DNA from: an uncultured delta proteobacterium
GTDB taxonomy: Bacteria > Desulfobacterota > Binatia > UBA9968
DNA: 64,000 nt
Direction: 5' to 3'
Assembly: GCA_963755715.1 (NCBI GenBank)
Contig: CAVWLW010000068.1
Coordinates: forward strand, 1-64,000
The position numbers and the translations under genes were made by a program. The number at the start of each line of letters is the position of its first letter. The first letter of the stretch is position 1. Of the stretch, positions 35,001 to 45,530 are shown piece by piece. The notes below the pieces were generated by a model, which saw only the letters and a program-made list of their open reading frames with translations, made no database searches and was not told the DNA's origin.

Positions 35001-35108
35001 TGTCGCAATGTCATTCTGAGCCGCAGGCAAAGAATCTGTTTTACGCACTGATCAGATTAGTTCGCTATCGCTAAGGATGACATCCAGACAACTCAGCACA
35101 TTGCGACA
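35001..35108. repeat. Nested palindromic REP/MITE-like element
   Basis: Outer inverted repeat TGTCGCAATGT/ACATTGCGACA; inner TGTCATTCTGAGC..AGAATCT / AGATT..GCTAAGGATGACA. Confidence 0.65.
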
Positions 35109-35177
35109 GAGTTCTCTGAGAGTGGAAGAAATATAGATCCGAGCCGTCAATGCTTCTCACTAATATTTAAGGACGCG

Positions 35178-36581
35178 TTAAGCGGTTAACAACTGGGCAA
35201 GCACCGCGACATCGTCTACTTCTTCCAACCGCAGCGCGAGCGCGAGCGCGTCATCGATCTTTGCTACGCTCAGCGGTTTAGCCGCATAGCTCGCCATGCC
35301 GCGAAAGGCGCTGACGAGTTCTTCGGAGGTCACCGGGTTGTTCGGATTGCCTTTCGGATAGACGACTTTCTCGCTGAAGACCTTGCCGTCGCGCATGACG
35401 ATTTCTACCGCCTGCGGTTTGACGTCCATCGGTCCATGATCGAATTCTGGGGTGAGAACGGTTTTCACCCGTGCCGCGAGATCGAGGATTTCTTCGCCGC
35501 GCAATTTCGCATCGGTAAATTCTTCCAGCGACAGCCCGCCGCTGACGAGCGTGGCCGCAACCGTATAAGGAATGCTGAACTGTGCATCGACCACCCCTTC
35601 GGGGTGATGCTTTTTCTTTTTTTCGTCTTCGCTCCAGCCGCCCACCGAGCGCATATCGCGCTCGCCGATCTGAACCCGTATTTCCTGAATGTCATGCGCT
35701 TTGATCGAATACTTGTGGAGCAGACTCAAACAAGCGGTGACGGCGCAATGGGTATAGCGGCAAGACGGAAAGGGCTTCGGTCCAACCAGAACGATTTCAA
35801 AACGGCTGCCGAGTTGATCGAGCAGCTGGGCATAATCACCTTCCTGCTGATAAAAGGTTTGGAAGAAACCGGCAGACCCCTGAAAAACTTCACCAGCAGC
35901 GGGAAAATCTGCCCTCGCGAGCAACGCGGCAATCACGCCGCTCTGCGCCGCGAAACCGACGCCCAATCTTTTGGTCAAGGACGGCGCCACCGTGCTGTTG
36001 CCCGCAACTGTGGAACGGCAAAAGGCGATGCCGAGAGCATTGTGCAAGCCATTCTCGTCCAAGCCGAGAATTTTGCCGCACGCGGCGGCAGCCGCGAAGG
36101 GCCCCAACGCGATAGCGCGCGCATGCACCGGTTTCGGATTAGTCGCGAGTCCCAAGCGAATACCGAGATCGACGCCGAGGCAAACAGCCGTGATGAAATC
36201 TTTGCCTGAAATTTTCCCGACTTTTTCGGCGACGGCTAATGCTGCCGGGATAACCGTGATGCTCGACTTGTAAGCGATGCGATCGTCATTGATGTCGAGC
36301 TCGCGGCTGTGCCCCATGGTCGCGTTGACCAACGCGGCGAAGGCCGCCGGAAGCTTATCTCCGGTCACGAGTACCGTACTTTCCTGACTTGCGCCGCTCA
36401 AAGCGCGCGCGCCGGCGAGCGCCTGCTTGATTCCCGGCGCGCTCGATCCGGCGAGAATAGTCCCAAGCGTATAAAGAATATGTTCCTTGGTCGCGCGCAG
36501 CGCATCGTCATCGAGCGCATCAAATCCGGTGCGCGCCAGATAGCCGGCGATTTCTTTTGTCAGTGTGCCGCTGCCGATCAT
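35178..36581 (-). CDS. MmgE/PrpD family protein
   Basis: AALVNATMGHSRELD, KPFPSCRYTH, AQFSIPY, PKGNPNNP. Confidence 0.92.
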   Translation of the reverse strand: MIGSGTLTKEIAGYLARTGFDALDDDALRATKEHILYTLGTILAGSSAPGIKQALAGARALSGASQESTVLVTGDKLPAAFAALVNATMGHSRELDINDDRIAYKSSITVIPAALAVAEKVGKISGKDFITAVCLGVDLGIRLGLATNPKPVHARAIALGPFAAAAACGKILGLDENGLHNALGIAFCRSTVAGNSTVAPSLTKRLGVGFAAQSGVIAALLARADFPAAGEVFQGSAGFFQTFYQQEGDYAQLLDQLGSRFEIVLVGPKPFPSCRYTHCAVTACLSLLHKYSIKAHDIQEIRVQIGERDMRSVGGWSEDEKKKKHHPEGVVDAQFSIPYTVAATLVSGGLSLEEFTDAKLRGEEILDLAARVKTVLTPEFDHGPMDVKPQAVEIVMRDGKVFSEKVVYPKGNPNNPVTSEELVSAFRGMASYAAKPLSVAKIDDALALALRLEEVDDVAVLAQLLTA

Positions 36582-36742
36582 TTGTTTTCCTTCGTCAATG
36601 AATAGGAACGGCCCGTGACTTAGAGTCGAAGCGCCGCCACTACTTTGTGACCGCTTTTCGCAACTGTCAGTATATTGCGGGCCGGACGAGGAGTGTGCTT
36701 TCTGCGCCATTAACGTCAACGGCCGGTAATAAAAGAGTCGAG

Positions 36743-38062
36743 CTATGCATACCGCGACATGGTGACCGGCTCATGCTCGTCAGGCGCCTGAGTCACAACT
36801 AGTTGTGGTTCTATACCATACAGCCGGCGCGCATTGGCGCCGAGCATCTTTTCTTGAACTTCTCGCGGTACTTGCCATTTGTCCATGTGATCGATCGCCT
36901 CCCAAACATCGGAAGCATCGAGATGCGGCATGTCCGAAGACCACAGACCAATGTTTTCGTACAGATCCCACAATCGAAACGTCATTTCTTCGTCGCTCTC
37001 AAAAGCAATGTAGCAACTCTTATTAAAAACCTCGCGCGGATCGCCTATCTTCTCTCCTAGATGGCGGTACAACTCGAGATAGGTCTCGGCTTTCTCCAAC
37101 ACCAATGGCAGCCAGCTTGAGTTGGACTCTAGAATCGCCACCTTGAGCCGCGGGAACTTTTCGAGCCAACCGGTCATTAAAACAACTCCGGTCCAGGTCA
37201 TCGCCTCGGCGATGAACCCGTACGCTTGGTCCCCGGCTTGCCTGGAGCCCATGATTTGCATGATGTTCGCTATAAACTGCCCCGGTGAATAAACGAGCAC
37301 GTCCTCGTCCGCGAACAAGCGATTCCGCTCAGCTCCCATGCGTTTTCCCAATCCAGGCGACAAAGCCTCGCCCCGCGCTGGGAACGTATGCATTCCCAGC
37401 ACCAGGCCGAGTTCTTCGAACTCCCGCCACAGGGGATCGAATTCCGGAAATGTGGGGTACTTATTCTGCGCAATAATGGGACGAACAAGCGCGGATTTAA
37501 ACCCTCGCCTTGCTACGCGCCGCAGTTCCTCTATCGCATAGTCCACGTTCTGTATTGGGAGAACCGCTGCAGGGAACAGTCTCTTTGGATCCGCGCTGCA
37601 ATAGTCATAGACCCAGTCGTTGTAAGCTCTCGCGCAGATCTGTGCTGCCTCGGCATTGTCGACTAGCGGCAGATAGACGTAGGTAGACGGAAAGATCATG
37701 ACTTGGTCGATACCAGCAGCGTTCATGTCCTTCAGCCGCACACGAGGGTCTCTCCCGCTGGCATTTCTACCAATCTTTTCATCCCATTCTTTCGTCCCTG
37801 GCTGTGTGGCACCAATGATCTTTTTGGTCAGTCCGGGATGCCAAGTTTCCGCGGCATATTTACACTTGTCCGGATCTCGAAAGCTGATTTTTGAGTTACG
37901 AACCAAGATCAGGCGGTCCGCGTCTCTGTAAAAATGAGTTTTGGCGAAATGTTGCTGGTTCTTAGGAATGTATTTGTCCCAGATCTCTGGAGGTTCGTAA
38001 ATGTGGCTATCGCAATCGAAAACAGAAAAAGCCTTGTTTCTGCCCTTAGCGTTGTATGCCAT
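36743..38062 (-). CDS. Amidohydrolase_2 family metalloenzyme
   Basis: FDCDSHIYEP, ARAYNDW, LESNSSW, SSDMPHLD, GANARRLY. Confidence 0.92.
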   Translation of the reverse strand: MAYNAKGRNKAFSVFDCDSHIYEPPEIWDKYIPKNQQHFAKTHFYRDADRLILVRNSKISFRDPDKCKYAAETWHPGLTKKIIGATQPGTKEWDEKIGRNASGRDPRVRLKDMNAAGIDQVMIFPSTYVYLPLVDNAEAAQICARAYNDWVYDYCSADPKRLFPAAVLPIQNVDYAIEELRRVARRGFKSALVRPIIAQNKYPTFPEFDPLWREFEELGLVLGMHTFPARGEALSPGLGKRMGAERNRLFADEDVLVYSPGQFIANIMQIMGSRQAGDQAYGFIAEAMTWTGVVLMTGWLEKFPRLKVAILESNSSWLPLVLEKAETYLELYRHLGEKIGDPREVFNKSCYIAFESDEEMTFRLWDLYENIGLWSSDMPHLDASDVWEAIDHMDKWQVPREVQEKMLGANARRLYGIEPQLVVTQAPDEHEPVTMSRYA

Positions 38063-38101
38063 GACTATCTCCTTAGATATGCAACGCTGAACGAGTTCGA
38101 G

Positions 38102-39497
38102 TTATTGCCTCGTCACGCAGCCCTTGAGCCCTTCATTAAACCCTCGGTCCCACGCTTCTTCGTAATCCGGCAACTCATTAAGCAGAAGGATGTCGTCGTA
38201 AGTGCCGTGGCCGGAGCCGATGCGCCGTTCGGGGTGGACGCACTCGCGGCGCGGCATGGGCAGATTGTATTTCTTCCAGCTGTTGTAATAGTTGCCCATC
38301 AACTGAAGATAATATTCCAGCGGGATCGGCGGCTGCTCGTGCTGTGAGCCAAGGTTCGAGCCCGGCTCGCGGCGCCATTGGTTGAAGCGCGGGATGATGC
38401 CGTGGCTCATCATGAAGTCCACCCCATCCGATGTCGACTTCACGGCTTCGCCGACTGTCTCGAAACCGTAGGGTTTCGCCATCTCGACGCCGCCAACGAA
38501 ATTGGGCCGCACGTTGCCTTCGCCGAAAACATCCACCTCGTCGATCATGCTTCTCACCCAACCATCCCAACCTACGCGCCGGTTTTTCCCCGGGTTGATC
38601 CACTCGAACAGCCGTTTGTCCCACACCTCCATATTCGAGTGGTGACAATCCACACCCGCGGCACGGTAATGCTTCATGGTTTCTTTACCCTGCGCGTTGG
38701 TCTGCAGATTCACGAAGCGCCGCCGCCCGCCCCACTTGAGCGCCGAGACGTATTCGGAATAGAAACTCAGCTCGTCTTTGCCGTGCAGGGTTTTCAAAAT
38801 CGTCCCGCCGGTGATCAGAAAATCCATCGGCGGCGCGAAGCCGACTTCTTCGGTGGCGTCCTGCTCGATGGAGCGCGCGACTTCCACCATGTAGGCGACC
38901 GGCTTTACCGGGGCGTTGAAAGTAAAGTCTTTGGACTCCTTCATCTGGCGCGCGTTAATATTGATATCGCAGAAGCGGCATTCTTCGTCGGGACCCCAAT
39001 ACTGGCAGTTGCGAAAAACGGTCACGAAATAGCCGAAGGCGATGATCTCGTGATAGGCCGTGCCGTCGTCGAACTTGCGCGTGTAGTATTTCATCGGCTT
39101 GGGAAAGTAGACTTCGCAGATCTCTTTGCCGTTGAGCAATAGCTTGGGCTGGCCGTCGACCGACATCGATGACGTAAGGCGAATTCGAATCGAGCGTCGT
39201 CTGGATGCTCACCGGTCTCAGTCCGTACAGGCCGCGGCGAATCGTAAACCACTCGGGAATCTTGCGGTGCTCTTTGCGCTTCATGTCCTTCATCGCCATG
39301 AGATCGTAGGAAAACAGGCGGTAGGATTTCACCAGCGCTTGGGAAGCGAGTTCGAGCGCAGCGTCGGTGAACCAGTGGCCGACGCGCAGTAGATCGTGCT
39401 TCAAGATAATTTCTCGCGGCAGATCGCCATAGCTCGAAAAATAATTTTCGAGTTGACCCAAGGTTCGCGCACTTGTCGCCTCTGCGATTGCTTCCAT
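38102..39497 (-). CDS. Radical SAM protein with CX8CX2C motif, frameshift near 39165
   Basis: RNCQYWGPDEECRFCDIN, ITGG, NMEVWD; N- and C-terminal ORFs join at YVIDV/VDGQP. Confidence 0.8.
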
Positions 39498-39701
39498 CTT
39501 AATGATTTCCTTTCCGCAAAAGGTTCATTTTCAAGCCGGCTCAAGGAGACCGCGATCGGTTCGACGATGCAAATCAGTTGTCTTTCATCGACAACTCATC
39601 TAATGGAAGGTTTAGGCGTCTGTCAATATGTCGAAAGCTAAGCGAATAGCCTTGGAATCATCCACAACAAATTCTCGGTTGATCTTGCAGGAGGTATTGC
39701 G

Positions 39702-40778
39702 ATGCCAACGATCGACGGCGATGCCCACGTGATGGAAGGCCCTCAGACTTGGGAATATTGCGATCCGTCAGAGCGCAAGTTCATGCCGGTGTTAATTGAT
39801 CCGGGCGCCAACTCCGACCGGCAGTTCTGGCTGGTCGATGGCAAGATCCGCGGCCACGTGCGCCACGTGATCAAGCCAAAGGATTTTCAAGCGCTGGCCG
39901 AGGCCAGCGGCCGCGACATGGTCGTGCCATCGGAGGCGCAGCATCTCGAAGACGTCCAGGCGCGCATTCGCCATATGGACGAGATGGGCATCGATTTTCA
40001 GGTGATGTATCCGACGATCTTCATCCAGCAGGTCACCGACAAGCCCGAATTCGAAGTGCCGATCTGCAAAGCCTACAACCGCTGGATGGCCGATGTCTGG
40101 AAACAGGGGAAAGGCCGGTTGCGCTGGGTCTGCGTGTTGCCGCTCTTGAGCATGCAGGACTCCATCGACGTGCTGCCGTGGTGCAAGGAGAACGGCGCGG
40201 TGGCGGTGTTGATGCGCCCGTTCGAGGGCGATCGCTTGATCCAAGATCCTTATTTTTATCCACTCTACGAAGCGATGACGGAACTCGATCTGCCGGTGGG
40301 CATGCATATCGGCAACGCCAACCCCAATATCATCGACACGACCCGCCAGCGCATCGGTTACGGCGCCGGCTTCTGGAGCATGTCGGCGAACACCGCCGGT
40401 GCATGCCACGCGGTGATTACCAGCAAGCTGCCTGAAATCTTCCCCAAGCTGCGCTTCGGCTTCATCGAAGCATCGGCGCAATGGATTCCCTGGGTGTTCA
40501 AGGACATCAAGCGGCGCGCCGAAGGGCGCAAGCTGCCGGATAATTTTTTCGAGACCTACCGGCTTTATGTGTCCTGCTACAGCAGCACCGACGACATCGA
40601 ATACATCGCGCAGTATTCCACCGAGAATGTACTGATGACCGGCACCGACTACGGCCATGTCGATATGTCGGTCGAGATCGACGCCTTACGGACGCTGGAA
40701 AAGAACGGCAAAGTACGGCCGGAGCTGGCGCGGAAAATCTTGTACGACAATCCGGCGCGGTTCTACGGAATTCAATAA
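39702..40778 (+). CDS. Amidohydrolase_2 family metalloenzyme
   Basis: IDGDAHVME, AYNRW, MH, GTDYGHVD, DNPARFY. Confidence 0.92.
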   Translation: MPTIDGDAHVMEGPQTWEYCDPSERKFMPVLIDPGANSDRQFWLVDGKIRGHVRHVIKPKDFQALAEASGRDMVVPSEAQHLEDVQARIRHMDEMGIDFQVMYPTIFIQQVTDKPEFEVPICKAYNRWMADVWKQGKGRLRWVCVLPLLSMQDSIDVLPWCKENGAVAVLMRPFEGDRLIQDPYFYPLYEAMTELDLPVGMHIGNANPNIIDTTRQRIGYGAGFWSMSANTAGACHAVITSKLPEIFPKLRFGFIEASAQWIPWVFKDIKRRAEGRKLPDNFFETYRLYVSCYSSTDDIEYIAQYSTENVLMTGTDYGHVDMSVEIDALRTLEKNGKVRPELARKILYDNPARFYGIQ

Positions 40779-40782
40779 TACA

Positions 40783-40829
40783 GTTCCGAAGGTCCCAATC
40801 GTTCAAAACGTTTCAAGCCGTTAAAACCG
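40783..40829 (+). repeat. GTTC ~9-nt-period repeat copy
   Basis: gttccgaag gtcccaatc gttcaaaac gtttcaagcc gttaaaacc. Confidence 0.7.
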
Positions 40830-40844
40830 GAATACCCGAAAGAA

Positions 40845-41834
40845 ATGCACATAGCATTGATTCGTATCGCGGCTTCATTTGTTTGCGCTGCGCTATTTTT
40901 CGAAGCTCAAGCGTTCGCGCAGCTCACCAAGCTCAACGTCGGGTATGTCGGCATCACTTCGGACAACGCGGCGGCGTTCATCGCGCGCGACACCGGTATT
41001 TATGCGAGAAACGGCCTGGACGTGCAGCTGATCTATTTCAACAGCGGCACTACCGCGGTGACCGCGCTGATCACCGGCGAGACACCGATCTCGCAAACCG
41101 CCGGGCCCGGCGTCATCAATGCGACGATGAATGGCTCCGACACCGTCATGATCGCCGGCGGCAACGTGACCTTGGATTACTGGATGCTCAGCCGTCCGGA
41201 AATCAAGACGCCGGAACAGCTCAAGGGCGGCGCGGTCGCGATCAGCCGCTTCGGCTCCGCGTCCGACTTCATCGTCCGCTACGCCTTGCAGCGGCTAGGA
41301 TTAACTCCCGTGAAGGATGTCGCGATACTTCAGGTAGGCTCGCTGACCGAACGCCTTGCGGCGATGGAAACCAAGCGCGTGCAGGCCACCGTGCTGGCGC
41401 CGCCGGCGATGTATCAAGCGCAAACGCGCGGCTTCAATATGCTGGTCGACATCGCTGCGCTCGGTCTGCCGTATCAGGCAACCGGCGTCGCGACGACGCG
41501 AAAATTCATTCGTGAGCGGACAGATACTGTGCGCCGCTACATCAAAGCTCATATCGAGGCCGTGCACCGCTTCAAGACCGACCGCGAAACCTCGATGAGA
41601 GTGCTGGCCAAGTCCTTAGCTCTGTCCGACAAGCAGTTGCTCGAAAGAACTTATGACGGCGCGATCGCCGAGCACAAACTGCCGGCGAAGCAGTACCCGA
41701 CATTAGAGGGATTGAAAACAATTTTAGCGAGCGACCCAAAAGCAAAGGCTGCAAAAGCTGAAGACTTTGTCGATCTCCGTTTCATCAAAGAGCTCGACGA
41801 CAGCGGCTATATCGATAATCTCTATAAGAGATAG
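40845..41834 (+). CDS. NMT1/SsuA-type solute-binding protein
   Basis: RNGLDVQL, LKGGAVAISRFGS, FVDLRFIKELDDSG. Confidence 0.9.
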   Translation: MHIALIRIAASFVCAALFFEAQAFAQLTKLNVGYVGITSDNAAAFIARDTGIYARNGLDVQLIYFNSGTTAVTALITGETPISQTAGPGVINATMNGSDTVMIAGGNVTLDYWMLSRPEIKTPEQLKGGAVAISRFGSASDFIVRYALQRLGLTPVKDVAILQVGSLTERLAAMETKRVQATVLAPPAMYQAQTRGFNMLVDIAALGLPYQATGVATTRKFIRERTDTVRRYIKAHIEAVHRFKTDRETSMRVLAKSLALSDKQLLERTYDGAIAEHKLPAKQYPTLEGLKTILASDPKAKAAKAEDFVDLRFIKELDDSGYIDNLYKR

Positions 41835-41956
41835 TTTTCTCACACGCTCGGCGTAATGAACGCGAAACCAAATTCGGATTTCGTCTCTTCGCCGGCCCAT
41901 CGATTTTAATTTGCCCTCAAGCTGTCGGAAACGACGGTTTGATCGGCGCCGCACTT

Positions 41957-42964
41957 TCATGCAACCGTCAATTTAAAAACTGCTTTGGCATTGTCCTCGA
42001 AGATCTTCTTGCGGTCCGCCGCGCTTAGCCACTCGATGTTCTCGATCATCGGTTTCACGTTGTCCATGGAACGGCCGGTTGCCGGATCGACGGAAGAGCC
42101 AACCCCCGGGCACTCGGTGCCGAAGAGGCAACGGTCGACGCCCACGGTCTTGATCAGCAGGCGGAGCGCGTCCTCGGTGTACAACACGGTGTCGTAATAG
42201 AGCTTGCGCAGGCCGTCGGAAAATCGCCCGCCGGTGCCGCGCCGCAGCGACGGCGCTTCGAAACGGCCGAGCTGGTAGGGAATCGCACCGCCGCCGTGGC
42301 TGAGAACGATTTTAAGATTGGGGAAATCGTTCAAGACGTTGGAGTTGACCAGACCGAATACCGCAATGGATTCTTCATTGATGAAGTGCACCGAATACGG
42401 GCTCCGCTCCGAGCGCGAGCCGGTCCCATGGATGTGCGCGGGTACGTCGAGCTCGCAGAGTTTTTCATAGAGCGGATACCAGTAACGGTCGCCGAGGGGC
42501 GGCGCTTCGGTGCCGCTGTTTTCGTACGGGTCCGGATTCAACAGACAACCGACAAAGCCCAGCTTCACGCAGCGTTCGAGCTCCGGAATCGCCTGCTGAA
42601 TTGGATCGCCCGCGGTCTGCGGCAGGGCGCAGACACCGATCCATTTGCCGGGAAAAAGTTTCATCTGGCGGTGGATGATGTTGTTGCATTCTTCGGTAAA
42701 CCAATGGACGAGTTTGGTCGGCTTTTCCGACTGCATCAACTGAAACGGCCGCGGTGAAATGAGCTGGACGTCGGTGCCGTGGTCGCGCATGTAATCGAGA
42801 TGGCCCTTGGCCCAGTTTTCCTTGCGATTGGCCGCCGCGCGGATCTCGTCGTCCGAGACGTTGACGCCGCCGCGCCCGTGCGCGCCGCGGGCTGATAATA
42901 AACCTGCCTTGTACGCCCATAACTCCGTCGGGGCCGAAACATGGCCGTGTATATCGATAATCAT
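41957..42964 (-). CDS. LigJ-like amidohydrolase (4-oxalomesaconate hydratase-like)
   Basis: MIIDIHGH, ISPRP, LPQ, NPDP, YWYPLYEKLCELDVPA, HGGGAIPY, FGTECPG. Confidence 0.8.
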   Translation of the reverse strand: MIIDIHGHVSAPTELWAYKAGLLSARGAHGRGGVNVSDDEIRAAANRKENWAKGHLDYMRDHGTDVQLISPRPFQLMQSEKPTKLVHWFTEECNNIIHRQMKLFPGKWIGVCALPQTAGDPIQQAIPELERCVKLGFVGCLLNPDPYENSGTEAPPLGDRYWYPLYEKLCELDVPAHIHGTGSRSERSPYSVHFINEESIAVFGLVNSNVLNDFPNLKIVLSHGGGAIPYQLGRFEAPSLRRGTGGRFSDGLRKLYYDTVLYTEDALRLLIKTVGVDRCLFGTECPGVGSSVDPATGRSMDNVKPMIENIEWLSAADRKKIFEDNAKAVFKLTVA

Positions 42965-44208
42965 CGCTTGGGTTCCTCCCTTTCTTCGAAAACCTTTCGC
43001 CAAGAAACGCTGTCAGGCAAATAGGCAACGTCGCAGCGGATGCGCGAAAAGTCGGCTTGCGCCGCATCGTAAACCAGACCCGGTGGCGGTTTGCCCGTTT
43101 GCAAATCTTTTACGGCCTTGAGCAAAAACCGGCGCACTTGAATGACGTATGAGTCGCTCGCGCCGAGGTGCTCTTTGGTTCTGTCCGCGATCGGACCCAT
43201 ACTCTCCGTGGCGCAGGCGTCCTGATTCAAGAATTCTTCTATGCCGGTGAAATTGACGGTCTTCTGAACCTGCCGGTCCTGGAGATAGTTGTTGCGCATG
43301 TTGCGCAGCTTGCGGTAGTCGGCGTCGACGAAATCGCGCTTTGACGAATCTTCCTTCGTCATCGGCTTGGACCATTTGAAAAAAAAATCGTACCTCCAGG
43401 TGTTATGGTCGTCGGCGGGAACCTGGTAGACGGCTTTGAAGCCGTCGAGTTTGCCGTCGACCTCGCGGCCCACCGGAACACAGCCGATAAACGGCATGAC
43501 AAATTGTGAGATGCGAACGTAACGCTTGTCAGGCGCGATTTTCCTGATCGCGGCGACTCGGAAACCGAAGTCCATTTCGTCGATTTCGAAAGCCGGCGAT
43601 TGATCTTCGTGCGTGAGAAAATTATGCCGCCCGTCAGGCTTGAATACTTTATGCAGGTAATTCAAGTGAGAGGAATCGCAGTCGCCGTCCAAAGCTTGAA
43701 GATAGTTACACTCCAAAAGACTCTTGGCGATGTAAATTTGCTGCTGCGGCACGCCGAGCCAGGCGTAGGTTGGGAACACCGGCTTTTCTTCTTTGACTCC
43801 CATGAAAGTGAATACCACTCCGCCTGCCTCGATACAGGGATACGCCGTATGATGAACTTTGTTTTTTAACTGGCTGCCGGCAGGCTCCGCCGGCGTTTCG
43901 AGCACATTGCCTTCGATGTCGTACTTCCAACCGTGATAGATGCACCGCAGGCCGCAATCTTCGTTGCGGCCGAAAAACAGTGAGGTGCCGCGATGGGCAC
44001 AGTGTTCGTCGAGCAGGCCGATCCTTCCCTGAGTGTCGCGAAAAGCGACGAGATCTTCGCCGAGCAGGCGCACGCGCACAGGAGGACCATCGGGCTCGGG
44101 AATTTCTTCCGAGAGCAGAGCGGGAATCCAATAGCGCCGCAATAGTCGTCCCATCGACGTGCCGGGATGCACTCGGGTCAACAGCTCGTTTTCTTCTTTC
44201 GAGAGCAT
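42961..44208 (-). CDS. Rieske non-heme iron oxygenase, phthalate 4,5-dioxygenase/LigX-like
   Basis: CAHRG..CIYHGW Rieske motif, DSSHLNYLH Fe site, QD..ATESMGPI.DRTKEHLG. Confidence 0.9.
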   Translation of the reverse strand: MLSKEENELLTRVHPGTSMGRLLRRYWIPALLSEEIPEPDGPPVRVRLLGEDLVAFRDTQGRIGLLDEHCAHRGTSLFFGRNEDCGLRCIYHGWKYDIEGNVLETPAEPAGSQLKNKVHHTAYPCIEAGGVVFTFMGVKEEKPVFPTYAWLGVPQQQIYIAKSLLECNYLQALDGDCDSSHLNYLHKVFKPDGRHNFLTHEDQSPAFEIDEMDFGFRVAAIRKIAPDKRYVRISQFVMPFIGCVPVGREVDGKLDGFKAVYQVPADDHNTWRYDFFFKWSKPMTKEDSSKRDFVDADYRKLRNMRNNYLQDRQVQKTVNFTGIEEFLNQDACATESMGPIADRTKEHLGASDSYVIQVRRFLLKAVKDLQTGKPPPGLVYDAAQADFSRIRCDVAYLPDSVSWRKVFEEREEPKR

Positions 44209-44220
44209 GATTTCTCTTTC

Positions 44221-45372
44221 CTACGGTCGCTTCGCGAGAATCGTTTTGAGCAGCTTGGTCGCTTCGGCGGTTTCCTGATCCACGTTCGGCCCGTTTTCCC
44301 AGAAAACTGCGTCGTCCTTCAAGCGGTATTCGGGCGCGATGACGTCCTTGGCGATATCGGTGCGGCGAGAGTTGGCGTTGCGCTGGCCGGACTTCACCGA
44401 CTGCTCCTGGAACAAGCTTTGTCCTTCACGCGAAAGAAACCAATTGAGAAAGATTTGTGCCGCATGGGGGTGAGGAGCCGGAGTGATCAAGCTGATCACG
44501 CCTTGGCCGCCGGCGATATAGTCGCCTTCTTTCAGGGTCTGGCTTGCCGACTCCACGGGAAGCCGCTGCTCTTTGGCACTCGCCAATTCCGCGTCGTCGC
44601 AGGGAACGCAGACGGCCGCCTTCCCTGCGGCCAACCAATCGACGAGCTGGCGATGATCACGACTCAAAGTCAATTGCATATCGCCGTACAACTTGCTGAT
44701 GAATTCCGGACCCAGGGCCTTATTCATATAGAGATACCATAGAACATTGCGGGCCACTCCGGCGATGGTCGGGTCGTAGCCGATGATTTTTCCTTTCCAC
44801 TTCGGGTTGATGAGATCCCACCACGACTTGATTTCATCCGCCTTCCCTTGCTGGCTGTTTGTGGAGATGTAAAGGCCGCGATGCCCTTGAAAGACAAACG
44901 AGTGACGCGTTTCAGGATCGACAAACCGATGCTTGCCTTTGAACCATTTCGACTCGTCTTTCACCTCGGGCAAGATAAAGGCGGGCGGCATGGGAGCCAG
45001 AGCTTTCGCCGGATACAAAATCGAAACGTGAGTCCCTTGTCCGGCGATATAGAGATCGGCTTGATATTTTCCCGCTCTTCGCTCGGCCATCAGTCGAGAG
45101 GCAAGGGCGGGGCCGCTTGGCCCGTCTACCTGGTTGAGCCTGATCTTGGGAAAAGCTTTCTGAAACTGGCTGACAGTGAACCTGGGATAGTCGACGACAT
45201 AGACGGCGACCTCGCCCTCTGTCTCCGCCGACTTAAGCGTTTTGTCCCACTCGCTTTGCCTCGACTCTGCCGCTCCGCCAGCCTGGCTCGCGACAGCGAG
45301 AAGCAAGGTGACGGTCAAACTAATAAGGAATAGTCGTCTTGTACTCAAACTAACCATCGATCTGTCCGTCAT
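44221..45372 (-). CDS. ABC-type extracellular solute-binding protein, paralog of 4930 and 14005
   Basis: WWDLINPKWKGK, APHPHAAQIFLNWFLSREGQ. Confidence 0.9.
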   Translation of the reverse strand: MTDRSMVSLSTRRLFLISLTVTLLLAVASQAGGAAESRQSEWDKTLKSAETEGEVAVYVVDYPRFTVSQFQKAFPKIRLNQVDGPSGPALASRLMAERRAGKYQADLYIAGQGTHVSILYPAKALAPMPPAFILPEVKDESKWFKGKHRFVDPETRHSFVFQGHRGLYISTNSQQGKADEIKSWWDLINPKWKGKIIGYDPTIAGVARNVLWYLYMNKALGPEFISKLYGDMQLTLSRDHRQLVDWLAAGKAAVCVPCDDAELASAKEQRLPVESASQTLKEGDYIAGGQGVISLITPAPHPHAAQIFLNWFLSREGQSLFQEQSVKSGQRNANSRRTDIAKDVIAPEYRLKDDAVFWENGPNVDQETAEATKLLKTILAKRP

Positions 45373-45434
45373 GGCCGCATGGCAAATCCTTTACATCAAA
45401 TGCCGCGGAAGAAGGAAAGAACCCTGGCTTGGAG

Positions 45435-45508
45435 GTCCCAATCGTCCCAAAAGCCTGTCCTGAGTCCCATCGAAGGGTTCAACCGCTGCGCTCCGTTTCA
45501 AATCGTTG
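45435..45508 (+). repeat. GTTC repeat copy with a CCTGTCCTGAG..TCGAAGG insert
   Basis: gtcccaatc gtcccaaaa gcctgtcctgagtcccatcgaagg gttcaaccgctgcgctccgtttcaaatcgtt. Confidence 0.7.
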
Positions 45509-45530
45509 AGGATTTTTAGTATCGGCAGAT

